A DNA stretch of 41,829 bases from an uncultured Acholeplasma sp. (GCA_964543675.1 CAZIZJ010000001.1:1-41829), one strand, 5' to 3'. Numbered from the stretch's first letter, positions 1-10,058 are shown. Notes: a model not told the origin generated them from the sequence alone. Made by a program: numbers and translations.

Positions 1-278
1 GCAGTTACTCTAATGGTGACGATTGCCCCGTTGACATCATCATAAGAAAAATCAAAGACATGGGCATCGTATTTTTTACCGAATAGTTCAACCTGCATCC
101 CTTGTTTGAAACCAGTACCGTAATCGTTAATTTTGGTCAGCAAAAAATCTCGATCCAAACTAATCTGATCAAGTATTTTATTGGTATATTCTATTTTTTT
201 AGTCTTTCGATTATAGAAACAAGCCGGATTTACGTCTTGGTCAATAAAATCAAAAGCGATTTGTAACGGATTTAACAT
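1..278 (-). CDS. Hypothetical protein, 5' part only (runs off window start); N-terminus loosely PAS-like
   Basis: Manual translation from ATG at 278 (SD AGAGGT upstream, TATAAT at 303-308): MLNPLQIAFDFIDQDVNPACFYNRKTKKIEYTNKILDQI...GAIVTIRVT, open to base 1. The PAS-like call is by eye only. Confidence 0.7.
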   Translation of the reverse strand, partial: MLNPLQIAFDFIDQDVNPACFYNRKTKKIEYTNKILDQISLDRDFLLTKINDYGTGFKQGMQVELFGKKYDAHVFDFSYDDVNGAIVTIRVT

Positions 279-312
279 GCATATACCTCTTTTAATATCT
301 TCATTATACAAT

Positions 313-347
313 AAAAAAGCCTTACTGAATGGTACTTTTTGTAAGGC
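313..347 (-). terminator. Intrinsic terminator after nox
   Basis: Stem GCCTTAC (319-325)/GTAAGGC (341-347) followed on the minus strand by T6. Confidence 0.7.
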
Positions 348-356
348 ATTACTAGT

Positions 357-1694
357 TTATTTTTGCGTGATTGCCTGCAATGCTGCAATATTTAATAAAT
401 TCCACGGTTTGTTGAAGTGCGGCTGGAAGAAGAAATCAACAAATGCCAATTGTTCGATCGTCATTTGATTTTGAATGACGATTGATAAAATATTCATTTT
501 ATCGGTTAAATCATAGGTTGATAAAATTTGTCCACCTAGTACTTTTCTTGAAACTTTATCATAAACCACTTTAAGTAGTACATCATCGTAGTCTGGCATG
601 AATTCAGGTCTGTTGTGGTCACGTACGGTAACTGAACCATAGTCAATGCCCAAATCATTTGCTACCCCTTCGGTTAAACCAGTGGACGCAATTGACAAAT
701 CATAAATCTTAATACCTGATGTGCCTTGAGTGCCTTGATATTTAATTTGATTTCTAATGATGTTTAAACCAACAAGTGTGCCCATTCTAACAGCATTGGT
801 TGCTAGTGGAATATATCGGTGTTCCTGAGTCGGATTATAGAATATGTTGACGCAGTCGCCACATGCATAAACATTAGGATCTGATGTTTGCATGTATTCA
901 TTGACAACCAGCGCACCGTTCGGTGTGGTTTTTAAAAACCCTTGGTATAGTTTTTGATTTGGTCTAAAGCCAATGCACATAATGACTAAGTCTGTTTCAA
1001 AGGTTTCTTGGTCTGTCATGATATGCGTGACGGTATCGCCATTTGTAATAAATCCTTTGACTTTTTGACCAAGTGCTAAATTGACATGATGATCTCTAAA
1101 TGCTTTTTCTGCTAAATCAGTGAACTCTGGATCCAAGTACTTTGGCATAATTCTGGTTTCACCATCAATTAAAACGACTTCCTTGCCATTGAGTTCAAAT
1201 GCTTCTGCAAGTTCTACACCGATGTATCCGGCACCAACAACGGTTATTTTTTTAGCGTCTTTTGATGCTTCAATGATTTCGTTTGCTTGATTGAAGTTTT
1301 TAGACAAGAGTACGTTTTTACTGCGAATGCCTTCAATATTAGGAATGATTGGCCAAGAACCGGTTGCCAAGACTAGTTTGTCAAACGTGTCACTGAATTC
1401 TTTATTGGTGTTTAAGTCTTTGACACTCAGTGTTTTCTTTTCATAATCAATATTCAAAACTTCATGCTCCATATTGATTTTGGCACCCATGCCAGCAAGT
1501 TCTGCTGGATTTGAGTAAAACAATCCGTTGACGTCTTTGACAACGCCACCAACATATAATGCAATCCCACATGACAGGAATGACACATTATCATTCTTTT
1601 CATAAACGGTTACTTCAACATCTTGATTCTGTTTCAAAATATTTTTTACGGCTGCTGTGCCAGCGTGCGTACAACCTACAACGATTATTTTCAT
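357..1694 (-). CDS. nox: H2O-forming NADH oxidase (pyridine nucleotide-disulfide oxidoreductase)
   Basis: KIIVVGCTHAG FAD motif, SFLSCG redox Cys, GAGYIGVE NADH motif, C-terminal DFFFQPHFNKPWN. Start moved to ATG 1694 (SD GAGGGAG). Confidence 0.93.
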   Translation of the reverse strand: MKIIVVGCTHAGTAAVKNILKQNQDVEVTVYEKNDNVSFLSCGIALYVGGVVKDVNGLFYSNPAELAGMGAKINMEHEVLNIDYEKKTLSVKDLNTNKEFSDTFDKLVLATGSWPIIPNIEGIRSKNVLLSKNFNQANEIIEASKDAKKITVVGAGYIGVELAEAFELNGKEVVLIDGETRIMPKYLDPEFTDLAEKAFRDHHVNLALGQKVKGFITNGDTVTHIMTDQETFETDLVIMCIGFRPNQKLYQGFLKTTPNGALVVNEYMQTSDPNVYACGDCVNIFYNPTQEHRYIPLATNAVRMGTLVGLNIIRNQIKYQGTQGTSGIKIYDLSIASTGLTEGVANDLGIDYGSVTVRDHNRPEFMPDYDDVLLKVVYDKVSRKVLGGQILSTYDLTDKMNILSIVIQNQMTIEQLAFVDFFFQPHFNKPWNLLNIAALQAITQK

Positions 1695-1771
1695 ACATGC
1701 TCCCTCGTTCCACAAAAAAGTGTGGAAATTTATGTTATATAATTAGATGCTCCCATCGTAATTGCGGCTTC

Positions 1772-1826
1772 ATTATATACCACTTATGAAATAAAACAAT
1801 GGCTTTGCTTATGAAAACGTTTACCA
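1772..1826 (-). promoter_or_regulatory. nox promoter: -10 TATAAT plus cre/LacI-family operator-like palindrome
   Basis: TATAAT on minus strand at 1772-1777; ATGAAAACGTTTACCA at 1811-1826 resembles the CcpA cre consensus. Confidence 0.45.
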
Positions 1827-1849
1827 GTCTTAACTGCATAAATTCTCAC

Positions 1850-1873
1850 AAAAAAACCTGCAGCAAGCAGGTT
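1850..1873 (-). terminator. Intrinsic terminator after wzx
   Basis: AACCTGC-N5-GCAGGTT stem followed by a T-run on the minus strand. Confidence 0.8.
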
Positions 1874-1887
1874 ATCTTAATGTTTGA

Positions 1888-3381
1888 TTACGTTGTTTTC
1901 TTTTTGAATATGGAAAATATCTTTTGCAGAATTTCTTTTTGGATATTACTTTGTAATACGAAATTGAAAACCACGAAAACTATGACGCCAATTATCCCAA
2001 GTACTGCTAAACCCATAGCAACAACAAGATCACTGTTCAATGTTTCAAATGCTTCAGTGATTACAGGATATAAGCTTATGCTTAAGAAATAAACCGTTAA
2101 ACCCATCAGCAAACTTGAAACAAAGGTTTTCCACGTTTGTCCAATATAATTTAAGAATGCTACTTTTTTTCTTGTTGAAAGCACTTGATAAATGGTGACC
2201 AATGCTTCTGCAATCAGTGATGAAATAACCGCTCCCATCGCACCATACGATGGAATTAAAACAAAGTTTAGAATCAATGTGATGACCGCACCAATAGAAA
2301 CGGAAATGATAAAGTGTTTATTATTGCCCGTTGGAATCATGTACTGCAGACCAATTACGTTGGATATGGTAACCAGTCCAATCTTGAAAGCATAGATTCC
2401 TAAAACCAAAATGGCTGCCGTAAATAGATTGCCGAAAAACCATGGTACAAAAATGCTTGCTAAAACGAACAATCCAATCATCATCGGATAGGCTAAGTAT
2501 GTGGTCACAAGCAGTGACTTGTTTAATGCCTGCTTAATTGCTGTTTGATCGTTTTCATCATTCAACTGACTAATTCTTGGAATCATCACGACACCTAGTG
2601 CAGTGGCAATCACTAAAATCGTATTGATGATTCTGGCACTCATATCAAAATAACCGACTTCTGCTTCGGTTGACAATAATCCAATCATCGTAACATTTAA
2701 ACTGGTATAAAGTAAAATGATGGCTTGCGGTAAAAATAAAATGAGCATGCCCTTCAAATGATTGAATGGTTTAAAATTATCTTTTAAGGAATGTAGGTCT
2801 TTAGTCACCTGACTTCTTGGCATATCCAGCCATAAGACCAGTTGTCCGATGATTTCTGCACCAACAAGTATCAGGGCATAGATCCAAACATCCGTGCTAC
2901 TTTTTACAAATAAGAATACTGAAATTAATGTCAGTAGTTTAATGATTGAGTTTCTAATGACAATCGACTTGAAATTTTCGTTTCCGGTGTAATACCATGT
3001 AATATCAATTAGATTAGCGAACAACAACAATCCTTGAATAAGGAATATTTCAGGATACGGAAAAAAAAGATAGAGCGCATAAAATAAGATGAGTGCAACT
3101 CCTGATGTGACCAGCTTTAAAACAAATATTTCCCAAAATGCTTTTTTTAACGTGTTTGGGTCTTTTCTGGCAACCGATATGGTTTTGGTGCCATAAAGAT
3201 GAACACCCAGTAAGGCAAAATAACTAAAGTAGGTTGTAATGGAAAAACTAAAAGCGTAAAGACCAACGCCATCTGGTTCTAATACTCTGGATAAATAAGG
3301 TATCAGGATAATCGGTATGATCACGACCAGCACTTGATAGATTAAATTGTAGACATAATTTTTAGATAAACTATTTTTCAT
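1888..3381 (-). CDS. wzx: Wzx oligosaccharide flippase (RfbX/MOP family)
   Basis: N-terminal KNYVYNLIYQVL...PYLSRVL signature; multi-TM 497 aa; adjacent to glf and GTs. Confidence 0.9.
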   Translation of the reverse strand: MKNSLSKNYVYNLIYQVLVVIIPIILIPYLSRVLEPDGVGLYAFSFSITTYFSYFALLGVHLYGTKTISVARKDPNTLKKAFWEIFVLKLVTSGVALILFYALYLFFPYPEIFLIQGLLLFANLIDITWYYTGNENFKSIVIRNSIIKLLTLISVFLFVKSSTDVWIYALILVGAEIIGQLVLWLDMPRSQVTKDLHSLKDNFKPFNHLKGMLILFLPQAIILLYTSLNVTMIGLLSTEAEVGYFDMSARIINTILVIATALGVVMIPRISQLNDENDQTAIKQALNKSLLVTTYLAYPMMIGLFVLASIFVPWFFGNLFTAAILVLGIYAFKIGLVTISNVIGLQYMIPTGNNKHFIISVSIGAVITLILNFVLIPSYGAMGAVISSLIAEALVTIYQVLSTRKKVAFLNYIGQTWKTFVSSLLMGLTVYFLSISLYPVITEAFETLNSDLVVAMGLAVLGIIGVIVFVVFNFVLQSNIQKEILQKIFSIFKKKTT

Positions 3382-4483
3382 CTTTAAGTTCTTTTTTCAC
3401 CATCGAAAGTGCGCTAGCAATTACTGCATGCATATCATAGTATTTGTATTCTGCAAGTCTGCCGCCAAACAAATACTTGGTTTCGGTATCTGCTTTTTCT
3501 TTGTACTGCTTATAAATCTCATTATTCTTATCATCATTAATCGGATAATACATTTCTTTATCTTTGGTCCAGTCATCCGGATATTCTTTGGTAATTACTG
3601 TCTTTGGCTGTTTGCCGAATTCAAAATGCTTATGCTCAATAATTCTGGTATATGGCACTTCTTTTTCAGTATAATTGACGACAGCATTTCCTTGATAATT
3701 TTCAGTATCTAAAATCTGGTGATCAAAGCGTAGAGAACGATATTCAAGGACACCAAAACAGTAGTCATAAAAAGCATCGATTGGACCGGTATACAACACC
3801 TTTTCTGCGAGGTTGTCTAAAGCAGTTTTTTCCTTAAAATAATCGGTATTCAGTTGAATCTCAATACCATCCAATAACTTTTCGAAAATCGGTGTATAAC
3901 CACCAATCGGAATCCCTTGATAGGTATCGTTAAAATAGTTGTTGTCATAGGTAAATCGCACAGGTAAGCGTCTGATAATAAATGCAGGCAAATCTAAAGC
4001 ACTTCTGCCCCACTGTTTTTCAGTATAGCCTTTTATCAGTTTTTCGTAGACATCAATGCCGACTAAATTGATGGCTTGTTCCTCTAGGTTTTTAGGTCGC
4101 TCTACATAGAATTTTTGACGTTGTTCTTCAATCTTGGTTCTTGCTTCATCCGGTGTGACAACACCCCATAACTTATTGAAGGTATTCATGTTAAAAGGCA
4201 GGTTATAAACCTCGCCTTTATAATAGGCAATCGGGGCATTTATGTAGTTATTGAACTCCGTAAATTGATTGATGTAATCCCAGACAATTTTATTAGATGT
4301 ATGAAAGATATGGGCACCATAAACATGAACGTTGATGCCTTCAATGTTCTTGGTGTACATGTTGCCGCCAATGTGATCTCTTTTATCAATCACTAAAACT
4401 TTTTTACCACGTTTTTTTGCCTCATAGGCAAAGATAGAGCCAAAGATTCCGGCACCAACAATTAAGTAATCATATTTTTTCAT
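3371..4483 (-). CDS. glf: UDP-galactopyranose mutase
   Basis: GAGIFG, HIGGN, YGAHIFHT, YTEKQWG, RIIEHKHF, GRLAEYKYYDMH motifs. Confidence 0.97.
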   Translation of the reverse strand: MKKYDYLIVGAGIFGSIFAYEAKKRGKKVLVIDKRDHIGGNMYTKNIEGINVHVYGAHIFHTSNKIVWDYINQFTEFNNYINAPIAYYKGEVYNLPFNMNTFNKLWGVVTPDEARTKIEEQRQKFYVERPKNLEEQAINLVGIDVYEKLIKGYTEKQWGRSALDLPAFIIRRLPVRFTYDNNYFNDTYQGIPIGGYTPIFEKLLDGIEIQLNTDYFKEKTALDNLAEKVLYTGPIDAFYDYCFGVLEYRSLRFDHQILDTENYQGNAVVNYTEKEVPYTRIIEHKHFEFGKQPKTVITKEYPDDWTKDKEMYYPINDDKNNEIYKQYKEKADTETKYLFGGRLAEYKYYDMHAVIASALSMVKKELKDEK

Positions 4484-5595
4484 CTGTCTGCCTCCTCATC
4501 AAAAAACGATAAGTATTTGGACTCAATGACTTTTGCTTGGTCATTGATGCTATAAATCTTTAAGGCATCCAAACTGTTTAATTTTCTTTCTTTTTTCATG
4601 TCCAATAACCCATGAATTTGATCTGCCCATTCATCTGCAGCAGCTGATAGTGATAAATAAGTAATCGAGTCAACCAAGTTTAATTCTCTGGTGATATTGG
4701 TTGAATAGACTTGTGGCAGATTAGAAAACAGCGCTTCAACCCCAACCACCGGCAAGCCTTCATAAAATGACGGCAACAAAAATAAATCAATGGCTGAATA
4801 GAATTTATAAATATCTCTTCTTGGTGAAAAGACGGTAACGTGTTCTTCAAATTTTTCATCAGCGATGAACTTCAATATTTCTATCTCTTTTGAACCGCCA
4901 CCAACCATCAATAAATGTACATCATCGCTTTTGGCTTTGAGTGACTTAAAAACCTCCAATGTCCACATTGGATTTTTTTGCTCCTCAAAACGACCAAAAA
5001 AACCAATCAGTTTGACGTCATCTGACATGTTAAGCAGTGTTCTAATATCATCTCTGCATTCCTGGTCAAACAAGAATTTTTCATAATTGATTGCGTTATG
5101 CGACAAATAAAATGGTCGATGCTTAAAGAAGTATTCGCCAGCAATTTGGCTGCAGCTCCAGTACTGGTTAGCTGCTATAAGCGTTCCAGGAATCAATAAA
5201 CTATTTCTGATCTTCTTCAATAAATTGGGTGATGACTGTGTGGCATGAGCATGAAAGATTCGTACCTTGACGCCTCTTCTTTTCGCTTCCTTTAAATAAG
5301 GCATGCCCCAATTGAATTCATGTGAATGGACAATATCATAGGCGTTTTCATCAAACAATGCTTTGGCATGCTTGACAAATTTTCCATAGTTTTTCATTGA
5401 CAATTTTGGTCCATAAATGATTCTGTCGCCAAATCTATCAATCATATCAATATACTTTTGATCTGCAGTTTTTACAATTAAAAAATCAACCGAGAACCTG
5501 TCATGGTCTAATCTTTCGTAATGGTTCATTACATAGCTTGTAACACCATTGGTTAATTGAATTTCCGTTAAGATGTGAAGTAGTTTTATTTTCAT
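4480..5595 (-). CDS. Glycosyltransferase family 4 (GT-B, EpsF-like)
   Basis: GRFEEQKN and PSFYEGLPVVGVEA (EX7E) motifs. Confidence 0.88.
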   Translation of the reverse strand: MKIKLLHILTEIQLTNGVTSYVMNHYERLDHDRFSVDFLIVKTADQKYIDMIDRFGDRIIYGPKLSMKNYGKFVKHAKALFDENAYDIVHSHEFNWGMPYLKEAKRRGVKVRIFHAHATQSSPNLLKKIRNSLLIPGTLIAANQYWSCSQIAGEYFFKHRPFYLSHNAINYEKFLFDQECRDDIRTLLNMSDDVKLIGFFGRFEEQKNPMWTLEVFKSLKAKSDDVHLLMVGGGSKEIEILKFIADEKFEEHVTVFSPRRDIYKFYSAIDLFLLPSFYEGLPVVGVEALFSNLPQVYSTNITRELNLVDSITYLSLSAAADEWADQIHGLLDMKKERKLNSLDALKIYSINDQAKVIESKYLSFFDEEADR

Positions 5596-6368
5596 TTTTT
5601 AACTGCTCCTGAGGCACCAAAAGTAATTCTTCCGATATCTTTGACAAATTCTATAAAAGGATTCAACTCAATTGAAATGACTGGTACTTCTTTGATTTTC
5701 AAATTCTCTTTTTTCAGCCATACATTAAATAGTCTTTCTGCTAAAAAACCAAACAGTCTTTTTTGATATGGATCGTAGCCACTTAAATTAACTTGTTTTT
5801 CCACCTCAAACAAAATATCGAATAACCATTTCGCATACCTGTCAAACAAATCTTTTCGCATGATAAACATATTATACAAGTAAATGCGCTTACCGCCTAA
5901 AAAATCCTCAAAAGCACTTAAATATTGTGGATATAGCTTGCTGATAACTGTTTTCGTAATCTCTAAATCTTTAACAAAATGGTTATCAGCATAGTTCTTC
6001 TCTATATTTACGCGCAATTTCACTGCCTTAGGCAAAATGACATCACTGGTCTTTAAATAGTCTGCTATTTGATGCTTGCTTAACCCTTTATAGTTAAATA
6101 AAGTTAATTTCTTGCCAGAAAAAATCCGTCTGTAGTGCACTAGACCAACGTAACTGGTGCGAACTTCATGCCAAATGTAATAAAGAGCTGTTAACTCGCT
6201 GTAATTGGCGTTTTTATCTGAGATTGAAGCGTTGCCGTCATCTGAGATGAAACCATCGATTTGGGGCTTGTTTTTTTGTCCAACCTGAATAAAATGATAG
6301 GCATCATCAATGTACTTTTTAACGGGTTCATATGCTTTATGGGATGCAATAAATACTTGTAAGTCCAT
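5592..6368 (-). CDS. DUF4422 glycosyltransferase (probable galactofuranosyltransferase)
   Basis: ISDKNANYSELTALYYIW, YVGLVHYRR, YNMFIM, FLAERLFNVW; co-located with glf. Confidence 0.85.
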   Translation of the reverse strand: MDLQVFIASHKAYEPVKKYIDDAYHFIQVGQKNKPQIDGFISDDGNASISDKNANYSELTALYYIWHEVRTSYVGLVHYRRIFSGKKLTLFNYKGLSKHQIADYLKTSDVILPKAVKLRVNIEKNYADNHFVKDLEITKTVISKLYPQYLSAFEDFLGGKRIYLYNMFIMRKDLFDRYAKWLFDILFEVEKQVNLSGYDPYQKRLFGFLAERLFNVWLKKENLKIKEVPVISIELNPFIEFVKDIGRITFGASGAVKK

Positions 6369-6370
6369 GA

Positions 6371-7198
6371 TTAATCCTTCTTTACTTGTTTTCGAAGTAG
6401 TTTTTTATAAATGAAAGAGCGCATGAATCCAGGCATCATACATACAATAAATGATGCAAAGTTGGTTTTTAAATATTGCCAGTAAGTGATATGTTTTTGT
6501 TGGTACATCATCTTTTTGAAACGATGAATCGACTGGTAATATTTGATGCCACCACGTCTTTTATAGAAATCTTTGCTGATTCGCATATAGGTAAGAGGTG
6601 TTTGGAAGTTATAGAACCTGGTACCAGTCTGAATCATTCTTACCCACAAATCATAGTCTTCAACCAAATAAAAATCACGATAATTGCCAGCACTTAATAC
6701 TGCTTCTTTTTTAAACATGACCGATGAATGACCAATTGGATTTCTTGTTTTAGAGAACTTAACGATTTCATCATGAGTTTCTGGCAGCTGTCTTAAGATC
6801 TTTGAAGTGTATGGATCTTTTTCAAATTCAACAATGACCGAACCGACAACATCAACATCACTGGATTCAAAATATTTGATTTGTTTTTCAAATCGCTCAG
6901 GGATAGAAATGTCATCTGCATCCATTCTGGCAATGTAATCGTATTTGCACTGCAAAATCCCCTCTTTTAAAGCAAGTCCTAATCCATGGTTGGTTTTCAG
7001 CTGATATGTTCTTATATAAGGATATTTTTGGATATAATCATTTAATACATCACTTAATTCTTTGGTGATTGGACCATCCTGTATGATTAAAATCTCAGAC
7101 GCTTGTTTCGTCTGATGAATCATACTTTCTAATGCTTCTTTAAACCAAATGGGATTGTCTTTCATATAAACAGACATGAGTACAGAAAATTCTATCAT
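6371..7198 (-). CDS. Glycosyltransferase family 2 (AmsE/WbbD-like)
   Basis: FSVLMSVY, QDGPI, ARMDADD (DxD), EDYDLW, RRGG motifs. Confidence 0.9.
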   Translation of the reverse strand: MIEFSVLMSVYMKDNPIWFKEALESMIHQTKQASEILIIQDGPITKELSDVLNDYIQKYPYIRTYQLKTNHGLGLALKEGILQCKYDYIARMDADDISIPERFEKQIKYFESSDVDVVGSVIVEFEKDPYTSKILRQLPETHDEIVKFSKTRNPIGHSSVMFKKEAVLSAGNYRDFYLVEDYDLWVRMIQTGTRFYNFQTPLTYMRISKDFYKRRGGIKYYQSIHRFKKMMYQQKHITYWQYLKTNFASFIVCMMPGFMRSFIYKKLLRKQVKKD

Positions 7199-7233
7199 TG
7201 ATTTATCGTTTATTATCCTTATTCCTTTACCTA

Positions 7234-7264
7234 ATTATAACAAAAAACCTTCAAATAAAGGTTT
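7234..7264 (-). terminator. Terminator after the CotH gene, abutting an extended -10 promoter (TGTTATAAT, 7234-7242) for the Galf cluster
   Basis: AAACCTT...AAGGTTT stem with T-run, immediately followed on the minus strand by TGTTATAAT. Confidence 0.6.
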
Positions 7265-7276
7265 CTCGTTCGATAG

Positions 7277-9970
7277 TTAATCCAATAGTTCAGTTTTTCT
7301 TTCGTAAATAGCGTTATCCATCCACAATCGTCTTTGGTAAATATAGCCTAAAACATAATTGTATTGTCCGTCAAAGCTCAATAATCCAGACTCATTTGGA
7401 TAGCGATTCCAAAATTCAAGTTCAGTTAAGACATCGTCTTCAATATGCGCTCGGTAATTTATCAAATGTGCAAACCATACATCAAGGATTGGTTGAATTT
7501 CTTCCCATCTGTCATAAAGCATTTCAACAAATCTTTCGCTATCCAGTAAATAACTAAACCAATTGTCTTCAGAAAACCAGTAATCATGACCATAAGGATC
7601 TGATGTTGGATTGAAAATGGTACTTTCCTCAAAGAAATGGATTGGTCCACCGACTGCCCAGTCAAAATCCCATACTGGTCCTAGTCTTAATTTGCTGGTG
7701 AGCGTTTTTGACATAAAAATGCTCTTGTAGTTGATCTCTGGCTGTCCCAATAGTTCTTGAACAATATAAAAATCGATAAACGTTTCAACCTCAATGTAAT
7801 CTTCCCAGTTGTCATCGTCTTTGATCTTTTCGTTGACTGTTTCAATATAGTTTCGAATATAATCGAATTGTCCTTGATTGCCGCGTTCGCTGTAACTTGG
7901 ATATTTGACTGCATAGTGTCTGCCGCTAATCGTAAAGTAATCTTTGCCCAAATCGCCTTCCTGTGGTGCGTAGTCATCAATTTCAACTAAGAAAGGCACT
8001 TCTGTAACGTTGGATGAAACAATGCCATTTTCGACACCTACACGTCCATCATCTTCCTGAACCTGATCGCTTAACAAATAGACGCCTAAGTAGCTGCCAT
8101 TCAAATAAACGTTGACATGTACTGCCGTTGGCGTAAATGCCAATCCGCTTAATCTTTCTGATAAATTAAACGCTGCATAGTTTTTAAGGCGACTTAAGTC
8201 CAGCCAATCGGCAAGGAGCACCCAATTTCGATGCGAACCGCCGTCAAATAACTCAATCTTTTCATCAAATCTGATGCGATATGGCAATTTCGGAAATGCC
8301 AGTGTGCTGTTTCCTCTTAATCTGATGCCCATGCTTTCGGATTCAACTATTTCATCAGTGTTATATAAATCAAACAAGCCTTCCACATAATCTTCTTTAT
8401 TGCTGATTGTTGCACCAAAAGTATTCAAGCTAATAATCGGCAAATGAGATATTGGTTCCACCTGAATATGGATATATACATTTTCATCCGAAAAACCAAA
8501 AACCTGGATCATTTTGCCATCAAAAAGATAAACCGCATGACTAGCAACAATTTCATTAACTTGATATCCCGGTTTAAGTTCGATTTCTAAATGCAGTGGA
8601 TCTACCCACAAATAGCTGCCCTCATCAATGTTAATTGAGCCATAATCAATGTCATATGTAAAATAAATGTATTTTGCAGTCCATTTGGCATAAAGATTCA
8701 ATTCGTGATCGATGCTTTCGGTGAAATCAAAAAGCACTTCGAAATCTTGATCAACATACCAGCCATCAAATGCATAGCCATATTTGACAACGAACATGCT
8801 TTCGATTGTTTGACTTGCTATCACATATTCGGTATAAACCGTATTTTCATCAATAAAATTGACCGCCAAAATACGTTCGTGCTCATAAAAGGTGTTCGCA
8901 GAATAAAACACATGATAGCCATCGTTTGTCTGCAATACCGCATATGCACGAACTGTTTTATAGGCATCCATTTCAATGCTTCGTAAAAACTCATTGGTTT
9001 TCGGATGCATAATATGACTTTTCAGAATCGTTGCATTATCAATATTCAGCAATTCCAATTCATCAGATAGTAATAGACCATATTCAATAATCCACCAGTT
9101 TTCAGGCAAATAGATTTGTCCGACATATGATTGATGTCCATCTCTAATGCCGGTGACATCCTTTAATTCAACAATTGGATAAGGTAGAATATCTTCATCA
9201 AAAAAGGCTTCAATTTGCGTGTTGACCAAAGCAGTGAATTTGTATATAGGATCAAACGAAACAATATTGCCGTAAATATCTTTCCAGCCGGTAAACTGTT
9301 CATCAAGTGGTTCAACAGTCACAATATCATTATAAATATAACTTGATTTATCCAAAATGCCGCTACTGGTTGTTATGTCAATCGGGGTTAAATTAATGAC
9401 ATCATAGGAAGCCATGTAAATCATATCCGGTTCAATCAATGTGAGTTCTATCCAAGATACAAACTGCATGCCAGGCTTCGTCGGATATTCCCCTTTATAT
9501 GTTGGTATATCGCCTTCCAATAAATAGTCATAATCCAAAACTGCGTTATTGGTATCCAAAAACAAGGCAACCAATTCACTGCTTTCCTTATAAACAACGG
9601 TAATGTTCGTATCAAAAGTGATAATGAACTGATGTACGCTGACTGATAGGATTTCATCATCATAAATGAATAAGACTAACGATTTGTCTTCATAGCCTTC
9701 AATCGTGTTAAAGTCAATTTCAACGGTATCACCGTATGCATAAACCTCATTAGCAGTTATTGTTTGGATTTCATCCTCACTAGAAATGATGGTTAAGGTT
9801 AATGTGTAATCGCCATCAATCGTCTTGATTTCCGGATTAAGAATCAATGGCAAAATGAAAAAGATTGCAGTTGAGATTAACGTTACTAATGCGATGATGC
9901 CGATTAATAAAATCTGGTTCTTTTTCAATGCAGGTTGCCTCTTTTTTGGTGAATGGGTTTTATTTTTCAA
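7277..9970 (-). CDS. Membrane-anchored CotH kinase-family protein with InlB-B/Flg_new-type repeats
   Basis: Basic N-terminus plus one hydrophobic helix (about aa 20-44); repeats PTKPGMQFVSW and GYAFDGWY...LNLYAKW; C-terminal CotH motifs RGNST, WVLLAD, YLGVYLL, GPVWDFDW. TTG start lacks an SD, so the start is uncertain. Confidence 0.85.
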   Translation of the reverse strand: MKNKTHSPKKRQPALKKNQILLIGIIALVTLISTAIFFILPLILNPEIKTIDGDYTLTLTIISSEDEIQTITANEVYAYGDTVEIDFNTIEGYEDKSLVLFIYDDEILSVSVHQFIITFDTNITVVYKESSELVALFLDTNNAVLDYDYLLEGDIPTYKGEYPTKPGMQFVSWIELTLIEPDMIYMASYDVINLTPIDITTSSGILDKSSYIYNDIVTVEPLDEQFTGWKDIYGNIVSFDPIYKFTALVNTQIEAFFDEDILPYPIVELKDVTGIRDGHQSYVGQIYLPENWWIIEYGLLLSDELELLNIDNATILKSHIMHPKTNEFLRSIEMDAYKTVRAYAVLQTNDGYHVFYSANTFYEHERILAVNFIDENTVYTEYVIASQTIESMFVVKYGYAFDGWYVDQDFEVLFDFTESIDHELNLYAKWTAKYIYFTYDIDYGSINIDEGSYLWVDPLHLEIELKPGYQVNEIVASHAVYLFDGKMIQVFGFSDENVYIHIQVEPISHLPIISLNTFGATISNKEDYVEGLFDLYNTDEIVESESMGIRLRGNSTLAFPKLPYRIRFDEKIELFDGGSHRNWVLLADWLDLSRLKNYAAFNLSERLSGLAFTPTAVHVNVYLNGSYLGVYLLSDQVQEDDGRVGVENGIVSSNVTEVPFLVEIDDYAPQEGDLGKDYFTISGRHYAVKYPSYSERGNQGQFDYIRNYIETVNEKIKDDDNWEDYIEVETFIDFYIVQELLGQPEINYKSIFMSKTLTSKLRLGPVWDFDWAVGGPIHFFEESTIFNPTSDPYGHDYWFSEDNWFSYLLDSERFVEMLYDRWEEIQPILDVWFAHLINYRAHIEDDVLTELEFWNRYPNESGLLSFDGQYNYVLGYIYQRRLWMDNAIYERKTELLD

Positions 9971-10002
9971 TTATATTGAAAGATACATTATTATATTATA
10001 TC

Positions 10003-10040
10003 AAAAAACCTCCGAAAATGAGTAACTATTTTGGAGGTTT
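10003..10040 (-). terminator. Intrinsic terminator after the NYN gene
   Basis: AAAACCTCCGAAAAT...ATTTTGGAGGTTTT inverted repeat with T-run. Confidence 0.8.
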
Positions 10041-10058
10041 TGATGCTAGTTTTTTGAT

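Noticed and set aside
1834..1851. Rex operator upstream of nox
   Set aside because: Only one half-site (TTGTGA) matches and it overlaps the wzx terminator tail.
7277..9970. Evidence of sporulation from CotH
   Set aside because: CotH domains are widespread in non-sporulators; this one is membrane-anchored with stalk repeats and no spore genes are nearby.
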